Origin: Eledone cirrhosa
Lineage: Eukaryota
DNA length: 64,000 nucleotides
Assembly: GCA_964016885.1 (NCBI GenBank)
Contig: CAXHJY010000796.1
Location: forward strand, 8,130-72,129
Direction of reading: 5' to 3'
In this document: piece after piece, positions 27,660 through 40,940 of the stretch
Numbering within the stretch: the stretch's first letter is position 1
Layout: every line of letters begins with the position of its first letter
The notes under the pieces: model-generated
Databases searched by the model: none
What the model was told of the DNA's origin: nothing
The model's input: only the letters and a program-made list of their open reading frames with translations
Made by a program: the position numbers and the translations under genes

Positions 27660-27696
27660 CTGATTTATCTGGTTGTTACGTACATATATATATATA

Positions 27697-27809
<113 letters not shown>

Positions 27810-27901
27810 TAAAATAACAGATTAAAGTTTAAGCAAATTTATATATATATATATACATACGTATATACACACACACACGCACACACACATACACCCCCCC
27901 C

Positions 27902-27934
<33 letters not shown>

Positions 27935-28260
27935 GTAGTTAAATAATGTTCTTTTCAGTTTTATTGTTCAATTAAATCAATATTTCGGAGATATAGAATC
28001 AAATCAATTAAAATCTAAGATATTTGTTCAGCATATATCCTTATGATGTTGTGATTGAATATGCAAAGTACATAAAGGTACCTAGTGCTATCTTTGATAC
28101 CAACTTGCCGCAAACCGCCCCAAGCCGCTCAAAACCGCCTTTGCTTCTGTGAAACAAAGCCACGTATTGTAAAAGGTTTCTATTAAAATGAAATATAAAC
28201 AGCTTCGTATTATATGAAACCACGTTTTATATAACAGTTATGTTACATATAACATTATAA

Positions 28261-28811
28261 TAATTGTTTCTGCTTTTGGCGCAAGGCCAGCAATTATAAC
28301 AGTACATTACTGGTACTTTATTTTATCGACCCCGTAAGGATGAAAGGCAAAGTTAACCTCAGCGAGATTTGAACTCACATCGTAAAGAGATGTAACTACG
28401 CTGGAAAGCATGTCTGACCCCTTACCAATACTGCCAATATAATAATGAAATAAATAATAATTGTTTCTACTTTTGGCACAAGGCCAGCATATTACCAGTG
28501 TATTACTGGTACTTTATTTTATCGACCCCCGTAAGCATGAAAGGCAAAGTTAACCTCGGCGGGATTTGAACTCAGAATTGCAAGGGCCGTAACTCTATGC
28601 GTCAAAGCATGGCGTAATAATTGTTTCTACTTTTGGCACAAGGCCAGCAATTATCCCAGTGTATTACTGGTACTTTATTTTATCGACCCCCGTAAGGTTG
28701 AAAGGCAAAGTTAACCTCAGCGGGATTTGAACTCAGACCTTAAAGTGCCGTAACTCTTTGCTGCAAAGCATGGCGTCCGACCCTCCGCCGATACTGCCAA
28801 TCCACCGCCCT
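28261..28811 (-). mobile_element. Head-to-tail trimer of OK-like SINEs
   Basis: Copies at 28261-28437, 28457-28614, 28616-28811. Confidence 0.9.
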
Positions 28812-29119
28812 TGAAATAAATAATAATGTTAGTCCCTTTCTACACCACCCCATCCGCCTGAAAAAGTTTTATTAATTAATTAAGATGTGTGTATTTTGTT
28901 AAGGATATGGTCATGAAAGGGTTAAACTACCTTACAGGTGTTAAATGAGAAAAACCTGCCGAAAAAACTACCTTGTATATCTGCGTTCTCTTTAAGTGAA
29001 ATAATTCAAATTTGCGTTTTATTTTCTTCTCGGGACAGGAAATAACCTGAACGATCAAAGGAAGAAACTAATCAGCTAGCGAACATGTTAGTAACGACTC
29101 ATTAACTACAAACCAATTT

Positions 29120-29400
29120 CTAACACTACCACCATAACCACTACCGCAACCACCGCCGCAACCACCACCACCACCACCACAACCATCGCCGCAACCATCA
29201 CAGCCACCACCACCACGACCATCATCCAACCACCACGATAACCACCACCACCACAACCATCATCCCATCATCCAACCACCACCATAACCACCACCACCAC
29301 CACAACCATCACCGCAACCACCACCATAACCACTACCGCAACCACCACCGCAACCACCACTACAACCACCACCGCAACCACCACAACCACCACCACCATT
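29120..29400. repeat. Degenerate (ACC)n low-complexity tract
   Basis: accaccacc/accgcaacc units. Confidence 0.9.
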
Positions 29401-29887
29401 TCACTCCCCATAAAAGTCGACACGACATTAGAAAGCTAGGGACCATAAATTACGCGAGGACAAACGATTTGCAAGCACGGCGGAAAAATATAACACATTT
29501 TAAAGATTTGCACACTTACATTTACGACAGACAGAAAAAAAAACAGAGCCGCTACATAGTTACCTGGTTTGCTAGAAAAACCAGTCAAATCTCATTCACA
29601 TAACAAATTTGAAAGGTTACATGTCTGATCATCGTTCGATAGGTTTTCCCCCATATTTTAAAGAGTGACGAATAGTGCAGTTTATAACAGTGATCGCCTC
29701 CCGATTTACATTGCGTTTCTCCATATTATATTTATACATACATACACACACACACGCACATATATATATATATACGTGATATCATACTCTGCTCTACGAA
29801 AGCATTGAGTGCTCATACGGCTTACCCCATACGGACGCTTTAAGCATCCAACACCAATTATATATATACATATATTATATTATATAA

Positions 29888-30080
29888 GGGGCGGTGAATT
29901 GGCAGTATCGGTAGAGGGTCGGACGCCATGCTTTGACGCATAGAGTTACGGCCCTTGCCATTCTGAGTTCAAATCCCGCCGAGGTTAACTTTGCCTTTCA
30001 TCCTTACGGGGTCGATAAAATAAAGTACCAGTAATGTACTGGGTTATTTGCTGGCCTTGTGCCAATAGTAGAAACAATTA
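29888..30080 (+). mobile_element. Full-length OK-like tRNA-derived SINE
   Basis: ggcggtgaattggcagtatcgg (A box)...gagttcaaatccc (B box)...gtagaaacaatta. Confidence 0.9.
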
Positions 30081-30098
30081 TATTATATATATATATAT

Positions 30099-30160
30099 AG
30101 TAATAATATAAATTTCAAGACTAAAATCCAAGGAGGGCTCGATAAGGATAAATACATACA
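30099..30160. mobile_element. Family E terminal fragment abutting (TA)n
   Basis: agtaataatataaatttcaagactaaaatccaaggagggctcgataaggataaata; also 62371-62426 and reverse at ~40075-40105. Confidence 0.75.
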
Positions 30161-30196
30161 GATGTGAGAAAAACCACAGACCCTCCATCTCAACTC

Positions 30197-30236
30197 TACT
30201 TTTGAAAAGCAGAAGAACTGCGAAACTGGTAAAGGA
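30197..30236 (+). ncRNA. Decayed type I hammerhead
   Basis: ctt TTGAAAA gcag-aagaa-ctgc GAAAC tg GTA aag; two transitions away from CTGAAGA. Confidence 0.5.
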
Positions 30237-30365
30237 ACCAAATAAATCTATATATTTTTTAAAAAATAATACTCCAGTTGCATTTTCGATTTCATCTCTT
30301 TTTCTTTATACTTTCACTCGTGTAGGACACCTCGGTTATTTTTCATTTTGTAAAAAAAACCTCAC

Positions 30366-30443
<78 letters not shown>

Positions 30444-30508
30444 CACTTTCTAATATATATATATATATATACCTCACTTTCTAATATATATATATATATA
30501 TACCTCAC

Positions 30509-30623
<115 letters not shown>

Positions 30624-30637
30624 TCTCTAGCTGTGTC

Positions 30638-30726
30638 ATTCTCGATAAAAGCACTGGATATGTAGTCCTGAAGATTTCTAACAAGAATGAAACGCGTAGA
30701 TTACTTCCCTTGCTTTTATCGAGAAT
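30638..30726 (+). ncRNA. Type I hammerhead ribozyme, copy 1 (predicted cleavage 30698/30699)
   Basis: gtagtc CTGAAGA t-ttct-aaca-agaa-t GAAAC gc GTA gattac; helix I extended by perfect 16-bp attctcgataaaagca/tgcttttatcgagaat. Confidence 0.9.
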
Positions 30727-30947
30727 CTAATTGTAATACGTGACGTATTCTATTCTATAGCGATTAGGTCTTCAAAATGTTTATTATAAACATACAGAAT
30801 ATTTTCGAATATTCTATGTCTATATTCACATATATATCGCTATTTCAGAGCATTTATTCCAATTTCTAATTTCTGCCGGACCGGCAACCGCTCTTTCAAA
30901 CCAGTTCCTGTACACAGCTAAGTATTCTATAAGTCTCTAGCTGTGTC

Positions 30948-31036
30948 ATTCTCGATAAAAGCACTGGATATGTAGTCCTGAAGATTTCTAACAAGAATGA
31001 AACGCGTAGATTACTTCCCTTGCTTTTATCGAGAAT
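30948..31036 (+). ncRNA. Type I hammerhead ribozyme, copy 2 (predicted cleavage 31008/31009)
   Basis: Same sequence as copy 1, 310 bp downstream. Confidence 0.9.
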
Positions 31037-31604
31037 CTAATTGTAATACGTGACGTATTCTATTCTATAGCGATTAGGTCTTCAAAATGTTTATTATAAA
31101 CATACAGAATATTTTCGAATATTCTATGTCTATATTCACATATATATCGCTATTTCAGAGCATTTATTCCAATTTATATATATATATATATATATATACA
31201 TATATATGGAGTGGGGACCGTGTGTGTGTAAGTGTGTGCTTGTGTACATGTGTGTGTGTGTACATGTGTGTGTGTGTGTGTGTGTTTGTGTGTGTGTGCA
31301 CGAAAAGAAATATTTATCAATCGTAATAATGACTATTTTCTATAGGTTAATTTGTAGCGTGTTAATTTTCAATTGTTGACAATATACAAGGTGAATATTG
31401 AACTTCAATCAAATCAATGGATTATAAATATATTCTTTTTCTCTTTATTTACGAAGGACGGAGGTGCTTTAGCTGAGAAGTGAGAAATCGATATTGAATA
31501 TATATTCATAATGGGATAAACAACTAAAATGATTAACCATAGTGTACAATTTCGAGATAAACTTTGCTCTCTTCTCTCAGGCTTACTCTTTCTCTTCCCT
31601 TCTA

Positions 31605-31635
<31 letters not shown>

Positions 31636-31842
31636 TCACCTTTCTCTCTCTCTCTCTCTGTCTCTCTCTCTTTCTCTTCACCTTTCTCTAGCTTCCACCC
31701 TCTCCCTCGCTCTCGCTCTCGCTCTCTCAACCTTAAAATATATACACATATATGTATATAATTATGTATGAATGTGTATAAGTATGATTATATATACATA
31801 TATGCATGTAAATATTTATTAAGATATATATATGAATATATT

Positions 31843-31929
<87 letters not shown>

Positions 31930-33424
31930 TCAGGTATCACATCGAAGCTGAAGCTGCAATAGAGCAACACCAGTCGAATTATTTGAGGTGGTCTCTAAAT
32001 ACTCAATGATGCGAGAAATGTATTAATTCTTTCATCAGAGTGAGCACATTAAGTTATACGGGGAAAAACTATGAATAATATATAGACCACCTATGCTGCC
32101 ACAGCATATATCAACAACAAAGATGGCGAATACCATAAGAGAAGAGAAATTCCACTAAGAAGTTATTGGTAAACTCGAACACGATTGCGCAAGGTGTGCC
32201 GCAGTGGGGTTGAACAGAGAACTAAGTGGTTGCAAAACGAACTCCTTAACAACATACCAGTTCTTCTTCTTCTTCTTCTTCTTCTTCTTCTTCTTCTTCT
32301 TCTTCTTCTTCTTCTTCTTCTTCTTCTTCTTCTTCTTCTTCTTCTTCTTCTTCTTCTTTGCCACATATTCCTGGGAGGGTCATTCTTCTTCTTCTACGAC
32401 TATATATAAAAAAATGTAAAATTAGTCTCTTACTGAAAATTTGTCTTAAATCATCAGTGATGTTTTGAGCATTGGGTATGGGACTACAACGTTGTCTGCC
32501 GAGCTGTTTGGGCTGCAATTAAGGTGTAGATTAAATCGATTGATCAGTCACGAAGTGTCAATTAGTCTATTGTTATTTAAGTGAGATTTACGACTAACTA
32601 AATACATCTCTGCTTTAGCTATAGCAAAGAGACCCCCAGAGAAAAACACTGCCATAAACAATATTGACTTACTAGTAAGCTTAATTTAATTTTAATTGTT
32701 CTAACTTCCATCACTTGCCATGTTTAGCCTTAGACAAATGCCATTGGTTTTAGCAGTCGAGATATATACATATTTACATACACATAGACGCACAAATATA
32801 TACATACATATATATATACACACACACACAATCACACACATATATATATGTATGTATATTTGTGTATGTGTGTATATATTAACACATGCATTGAGAGTAT
32901 CTAACTGGCAATAAAAATATAATATGTAACAGCTGAGTTTCACTTCGGGTTTTATGATTAGTCAGGTAGGAAACTAACCCTTTCCTACACACACATACGC
33001 ATAACACTCTCTCAGACATACATACATACATACATACATACATACATACATACATACATACATACATACATACATACATACATACATACATACATACGCA
33101 TACGTATCCCACTTGCTAATTATAGATGGCCAAAGAGACAATATAAAAAGAATAAACTGAAGTATCTGGTACAAAAGGAGACAGATAGGGCCTACATTTT
33201 CAATGAGAAGGTCACAGCAGTTGTGTTGTAAGATCTTTCACAATTAAATAACCATCATGCTGTTAAATCGACCAATGAAGGGACTAGTTACCGAAATAAT
33301 TAAATAAACTGAAGTAAATCTCATTCGGGGAGTGAGTTGGCAGTATGACCCTCCCAAGCTATAACAATATATGTTTCAACACACGATATCACATCAACAA
33401 CTTTGCAAAATAAATTAAAAACGA

Positions 33425-33519
<95 letters not shown>

Positions 33520-33665
33520 GAAAAGTATAGAAATTATTGTAGCAAGAAGCCAACAGTATTCCATAATATATAATATATATATATATATATACATGTTGTG
33601 TTAGTTAATTCCGAAAAAAAAGCAAAGGAAAAAAGAGTGCTCTATGTATAGAACAGAGCTATTTA

Positions 33666-33823
33666 ATTAGAAAGTGAAGAACACAAAATATAACTCCATT
33701 ACCAAAGGTTTCTGGAGGTCAGACAATATTAATATACGTCTGGATTGGTCATCAGACCGAGATGTTGTGGATAGAAACGTTTGGTAATGGAGTAGTTATA
33801 TTTTGTGTTGTTCACTTTCTAAT
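33666..33823. mobile_element. Fold-back element with ~48-bp arms and hammerhead remnants
   Basis: attagaaagtgaagaacacaaaatataactccattaccaaaggtttct / agaaacgtttggtaatggagtagttatattttgtgttgttcactttctaat; CTGATGA on minus at 33755-33749. Confidence 0.7.
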
Positions 33824-33871
33824 AAACATACATACATACATATATATATACATACATATATATACATATAT

Positions 33872-33973
33872 GCCCGAAACGTCGTCCTCCACCTACCCCC
33901 CACTCTCCTGAGCGTGAATTTAATAAACATTTATCGTACTGCCTCTCTGTTCTGTCCCTGTTCAATTTTTCAT
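33872..33973 (+). mobile_element. (TA)n-flanked island beginning with hammerhead 3' half
   Basis: gccc GAAAC GTC at the 5' edge, aataaa inside, TA on both sides. Confidence 0.5.
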
Positions 33974-34555
33974 TATATATATATATATATATATATATAG
34001 TTAATGAGTTCACGTGAGTACGAAACTGATTGCGAAGTTGATAATGACGGTTTCCAGTCTTCAGAGATTCTCATCTTGCCAATTAGATGTTGTGTTGTGA
34101 AAGCTATAATTAATGTCAGTCGGTTTTCATTAAATGTACGTAACGGCATGTTTAACGCGTGTCTACGCTTAATTCAATGACCACGTGATGAGCATTGTAA
34201 ACCTTGAAGAGGATAGAGACAGACTCGAAATGTTTGAATATCTGCTTCCCGATTAAGGCAGTGATGTCAAGTTAGAATATCGGATAGAATACTTCACATT
34301 AGTGAGTACGGCTCTCTGCGTTCTATGGTTTCAAATCTAGCATAGGTCAAGCTTGCATTTCATATTTTTTAGGTCGATAAACAAACCACAATACTGGTGT
34401 CGATTCTTATTCGGTATTAATTTCATGCACCCCGTCATTCTCTTCTAAATTTAAGGAGTATGCTCTGAATCAAACAATTCATTTCTTGTATCATTCAGTA
34501 GGTAAATGACTACCGTTGTGCAAATGTAACTTCAATAAATTCCTTAAAATATACA

Positions 34556-34872
<317 letters not shown>

Positions 34873-36080
34873 TATGTATATATATTTGTGCGTGTGTGTG
34901 TATAAGAACATAACACCTAACACCTGTAGGGCGGTAGACTTGATGATATAGATTAGCAGAGAAAATATAGGTGTAAGAGGAAAGTATGTAGTATAAGAAA
35001 GTATAAACGTTTGAGTGACAAACCGTGGCTAATATTCGTTTACTGCAACAGACTTTGCTATTGTCAAGAGACAACCTGGTCTGCATATAAATGTTAAAAG
35101 AGATGTGATGTAAAGTGTTCGTCACAATTAATTACTTCGTGTGTAAAGGTGATGGGGACTTAGTTGACAGTAACTGTTTTACATTGCCTCATGTTGTGCA
35201 ATGTTGGGTGTTGTGTGTTGTGTGGTTGTAGTCGTCTTGTTTTGTGTCTTACTGTAAAGACGAGTTAAACAGCAGTCTGTTTGTCATGGTAACAAGTCTT
35301 TGTGTATACATATTTATATATATATATATCTCAAACTGAGATCAGTTTTTCAGTTTTCAGTTTTCAGTTTTCAGTTTTCATTTTACATCCCTGATCCCTG
35401 TTTGACAATCGCCATCGACGGATGTAAGAAAGTTCTCCAACAAAGTTAATCAGAAATCTTTAAAATTCTTCCGACCGAAGGTAACAAAGAACTTACTAGA
35501 TCTACCAACTCATAATATTATAATATTATAAAATTAAATCAAATTATTTAGCACTACAAGTTAAGTCATTCTTTTCCTTTCTTTCAAATATACCTAACTC
35601 TACCAAGGATCTCACACATTTTCCAATATATATATATATATATATATTAGTCACAGCATACCCGCTTTGGCTAAGAACGAAAGACTTGCTGAAGAAGTAA
35701 ATCCTATGTTCTGTCGTCAAAAACCATTATATTGCAGACTCCTGCAATAGGAATTTGTCGATCATGGATTTGCAGAAACTTAGCGCTGTTGCTGCGTGCG
35801 ATTTTGCGATCAATATTGTGGAAACACCATGTGGATTGTATATTTTACACCCAGCCTCAGCGTTATGTCCAGGCCAGTAAAAAATCTTTACCTGGGTCCT
35901 GTATTTTCGTTGCTCTAGTGATGCGGTCGGACTGCCGACTGCTATATCTAATTTGCTAAGCTGTCTGAACATAATGTTATACTCTGGGGTCTTACCTCAT
36001 ATGAGTGCTAAAGCTACAAACCGAATAAGCATACACGCTAGCTTGGCCGTATACTAGAGCTTCGTCTATGCTGTACTAAA

Positions 36081-36124
<44 letters not shown>

Positions 36125-36154
36125 AAATGTGTGAGATATATATATATATGTATA

Positions 36155-36194
36155 AACAAAGAAAGCGTGGTAAGAAACCATGTGGACCATAATA

Positions 36195-36225
<31 letters not shown>

Positions 36226-36345
36226 CACTCAATGAAATAGGAACAAAGAATTGTTCCAATCCAAGTGGACGCCATAGACCAGGCATCGTCGACCATTTTC
36301 GAGAAGCCGGCCGCATAAGATATGGCTCATCATCAGGCTAATTTA
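36155..36345 (-). mobile_element. Diverged family A relative retaining CTGATGA
   Basis: Minus strand CTGATGA (36336-36330) tgagcc...ggcttctc GAAA, then gttcctatt...attgagt...[TA]...ttatggtccacatggtttcttaccac as in the family A tail. Confidence 0.6.
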
Positions 36346-36524
36346 CATTCGTGCCCACATTAACAAAAGGGCCGTAATTCAGGTGTTTTGAATTGTTTCT
36401 TCAGAATTCGTACACGTTACTGTTCTCGATCATAAAAATGATAGAAAGTTAAATTACGACTGAAAAGTTGGGGTAAAAAATCAGAAAGATTTTACTTAGG
36501 TGACTTAGGCGAGCCATTCAGAAA

Positions 36525-36556
36525 GCTTCGCGGGCCGCAGGTTTCCGATGACTGGG
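36525..36556. mobile_element. Possible hAT-type MITE terminus
   Basis: tcgcgggccgcaggtttccgatgactg; similar terminal motif at 58918-58968 (gcgggccgcagg...tttgacatgcctg). Confidence 0.4.
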
Positions 36557-36764
36557 TAACAAAATGAGAAACAAAATGAGAAATAAAATGAGAAACAACA
36601 TGAGAAACAAAATTAGGATGCAGTTTATGGAACACTCAAATGATTTAGAAGTCGAGCTTCAGTAGGAGCAATAAAATTAGGAAAGACATGAACAACATCA
36701 AATCATTTTGTATTGAAAATTTTGAAAGTAGGTTTATAAGTATAAATTTTCAGTAGGCTTACGT

Positions 36765-36855
36765 AGCTGTCTCAGTGGCCTAGTGGTAGGTACTAGGGAC
36801 AGTGGAGATCCTAGTCTTGGTTTCAATCCTAGTCGAGAGGTACATGCAATTTTTT
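36765..36855 (+). ncRNA. tRNA-like Pol III unit (pseudo-tRNA or SINE head)
   Basis: A box tggcctagtgg, B-box-like ggtttcaatcc, T-run at ~36849-36855; cloverleaf imperfect. Confidence 0.45.
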
Positions 36856-36879
36856 CAGTTTTCATTTTACATCCCATAG

Positions 36880-36988
36880 AAAAAAAAACGAAAAGGTTTA
36901 CCGGGAGCCCTACTCTCGATCAGAATCGAACTTCTGACGAGGATCACTGTCGTCTATGATTCTTCCAACTAGGCCGCCATGACAGCTA
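36880..36988 (-). ncRNA. tRNA-like Pol III unit (pseudo-tRNA or SINE head)
   Basis: Minus strand cggcctagttgg...agttcgattct, T-run at ~36888-36880. Confidence 0.45.
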
Positions 36989-37199
36989 CAAAAGTGCAAT
37001 GGAAGTTAATAATATAAACCTACTTTCTAAATCAAAGTTAAAGAGATGTGGTGTCGTTCATGACTTTCCTAGAGTTATTAGTAATATTTAGGGTCGACTT
37101 CTCAATCTTCTGGCTCTTTGGTAACAACCTTATTATTCCTATATGTGTTTAACTGTTGAATTAATTTAATTTGATTATTTAAATAAACAAATAATAAAT

Positions 37200-37486
<287 letters not shown>

Positions 37487-37585
37487 AACAAGGGGAGAAG
37501 AATACTGCATGGTTGCACATGGATTACATATTATAAAATTAGTCCCTCATCAGTGATTTGCCAACCATCATTGGTATTTAATCGC

Positions 37586-37620
<35 letters not shown>

Positions 37621-38996
37621 AGAGAGAGAGAGATACATAGTGTATAATTCTTTTAGTTGTACCAATGACGTACTTATCGATGCATCCCATATTACACGGC
37701 GTGTTATACTCTGAGTTTTAAGGTCGTCTTTAACGCGCGTGCCGATCATACCGATTCTCATCTTACGCTCTGAACTCCTTTACTCTCGTTTCATAACTAT
37801 CAAACAATCAGTCCTATACCCTCTCTGTTTCCTTTCTTTTTATACATTTTCCTTTTGTATTTCTTTCTCCATCAATAATTCTTCCGGAGAAGCAAGTAAA
37901 ATATATGTGCAGGAAAACCGTTTGATCTATCGGAAGATGTTGGTAATTATAGAAGTTTATTACAATTTCTTTTAGCTAAGACCAAACTGATACTCAAATT
38001 TACTATTTCCGTATTTGCTAAAAAAAAAAAAAAAAAAAAGGAAAAGTAAAGAAAAAAAATTGAAATCAATTTGCGAAAGCAGGTAACACAATTATGTCTT
38101 ATTCAAGATATCTTTATCTTCTGTTCTTTGTAGTCGATTTTATTTCTTCGATGAAAATACAACCGGAAGGAAAGTGTTAGAAAACAGAAAAAGGAATAAA
38201 GTTGGGGAAAATAGAAATAAAAACTAACAAAAAATATCTTCACATCAGTGGAACTGCTCATACGAACAAAGCTATAGAGAAACATTTTTTTACAAGAAGC
38301 GGACTGTTAAGATGGCAATAAAATACAGCCATTGATACAATTAAAAAAATATATATCTGTGTGTGTGTGCAAAAGAACGTTATGCTCTTATGTCATGTTT
38401 TGATTTTCCTTTGGACTTCTTTAACAGAAAGAGTCTATGCCAAATGAAGCTGTGAACCGTTTCACGACTAACGACTATTATTATTAAAGACGATATTCCA
38501 TATATCCTATACGTGACCACAGCAGCTACAGTTCGTTTCAGTGGTTGCTTTGAAGGTTTACGGTATTAAAATTCCTGTTTTGTGTTCTATGTAACACTGC
38601 TATCTATGTCGCTTTTACGGTGGCATTTATCGTGTTAAATGAACCGTAGGAAGATAACCGTCAATCTATGCAAAGTACGTGTCTGTAAGATTAGTGTTTG
38701 TGGTTCTAATTGCAAGAAGACTTCAATTCATCAAAAATATAGAAAGAATATCCAAGCCAAAATATAAAGTCAAACATAACACGACTTTTTGGCCAATTAT
38801 TTTTTACTGTTTTATTATTTTTTTATCTTAGTAGACTGTGGGCATGCTGGGGCACAGCCTTGGTTTAGTTGTTGATATCGATATCGATCTCAGTACTTAC
38901 TTTTAAAGTTTGAGATATATTTTATCGATCTCATTTCTGTCGAACCGTTAAGTGACGGGGTATAAACTCAGGTACGAACACACACTCACTCACATA

Positions 38997-39034
<38 letters not shown>

Positions 39035-39184
39035 TGTGTGTATGTATATATTTATATGTGTGTGTGTGTGTGTATGTATATATATATATGCATATATATA
39101 TACATATATACATATATATATATATATACATATACATATAAGTATACGTATATATATATGTGTATGTGCATATATATATATGTA

Positions 39185-39216
<32 letters not shown>

Positions 39217-39251
39217 CATGCACATACACATATACATATATACATGTGTGT

Positions 39252-39282
<31 letters not shown>

Positions 39283-40004
39283 ATGTGTGTGTATAGACAC
39301 ACATATACCCACATAATAAAAACAATTTATTCGTCCTGCTGTTAAAAGATTATATTTTCTCTCGATCTCTCCTTCACTTTCTTCTTCTTCTTCTTCTTCT
39401 TCTTCTTCTTCTTCTTCTTCTTCTTCGTCTTCTTCTTCTTCTTCTTCTTCTTCTTCTTCTTCTTCTTCTTCTTCTTCTTCTTCTTCTTCTTCTTCTTCTT
39501 TTCATCCTCTTCATTGCAGTATGACCCACACCTTACACTACTTAATGCAACTTTAATATAATTTATGGTACAGGAAGGGAAAAAATAATATTACCTCCTA
39601 GGTAAATAGTAACCTCCTCCACCCTGCAAAAAAAAAAGGATAAAAATAAAAATATTAATAAAATATATAATTCTCTTTTTAGTTTTTACAATATAATTGA
39701 AATGGCCTTAAAATGGAGTGCTGTTTCTTAATCTGAAATAAGCATTGACCTGAAGAGTCAACAGAAGAGATGTACGGAATTTTTTAGCAGACTAGCAGAG
39801 AGATGGAAAGAAAAAGAAAAATATTTGTATGACAACCGCACCATGCCCACCCCCGGAGAACTTTATACTTTATCAAATAAGGGACCTGGCACGTATAATA
39901 GAAAAAATATATATATATAATAATATAACAAACATGTAACACTGTAACACATAATTTCGTGTTATCCAATGTACGACATTCGCATATTGAAGCGGTAAGA
40001 CATG

Positions 40005-40064
<60 letters not shown>

Positions 40065-40101
40065 TATATTTATTTATTTTAGTCTTCAAATTTATTATTA
40101 T

Positions 40102-40150
<49 letters not shown>

Positions 40151-40246
40151 GAAATATGTTTATATATATAGGTATACACGTATGTATACCTATATATGTA
40201 TGTATATATCCTATGTATATACATACATATACCTAAATATATAAAC

Positions 40247-40282
<36 letters not shown>

Positions 40283-40300
40283 ATATATATGTATATATAT

Positions 40301-40357
<57 letters not shown>

Positions 40358-40392
40358 ATATACATACATACGTTCCTACATATGTATGAGAG

Positions 40393-40440
<48 letters not shown>

Positions 40441-40471
40441 CGCTCATGCATATGTAGGAACGTATGTATGC

Positions 40472-40510
<39 letters not shown>

Positions 40511-40575
40511 CGCTCATACATATGTAGGAACGTATGTATGTATATGTATATATATATATATATATATGTATATGT

Positions 40576-40645
<70 letters not shown>

Positions 40646-40656
40646 ATTTATTTATA

Positions 40657-40842
<186 letters not shown>

Positions 40843-40874
40843 TATAAATAAATATATATATATATATATATATG

Positions 40875-40940
<66 letters not shown>

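Larger units (their letters stand above)
36610..37140. repeat. Diverged ~230-bp inverted repeat carrying two convergent tRNA-like units
   Basis: Shared blocks agaagtcga, taggaaag.catgaac, gaaagtaggtttata, gtagctgtc...ggcctagt occur in both arms in opposite orientation. Confidence 0.7.

Noticed and set aside
29888-29985. tRNA genes at SINE heads
   Set aside because: A/B boxes present but no cloverleaf; followed by SINE body and tail
34040-34070. Minus-strand CTGAAGA-ctg-GAAAC-c-GTC
   Set aside because: No helix II and no helix I pairing
35727-35972. Overlapping short ORFs in a TA-flanked island
   Set aside because: No recognisable protein motif; left unassigned
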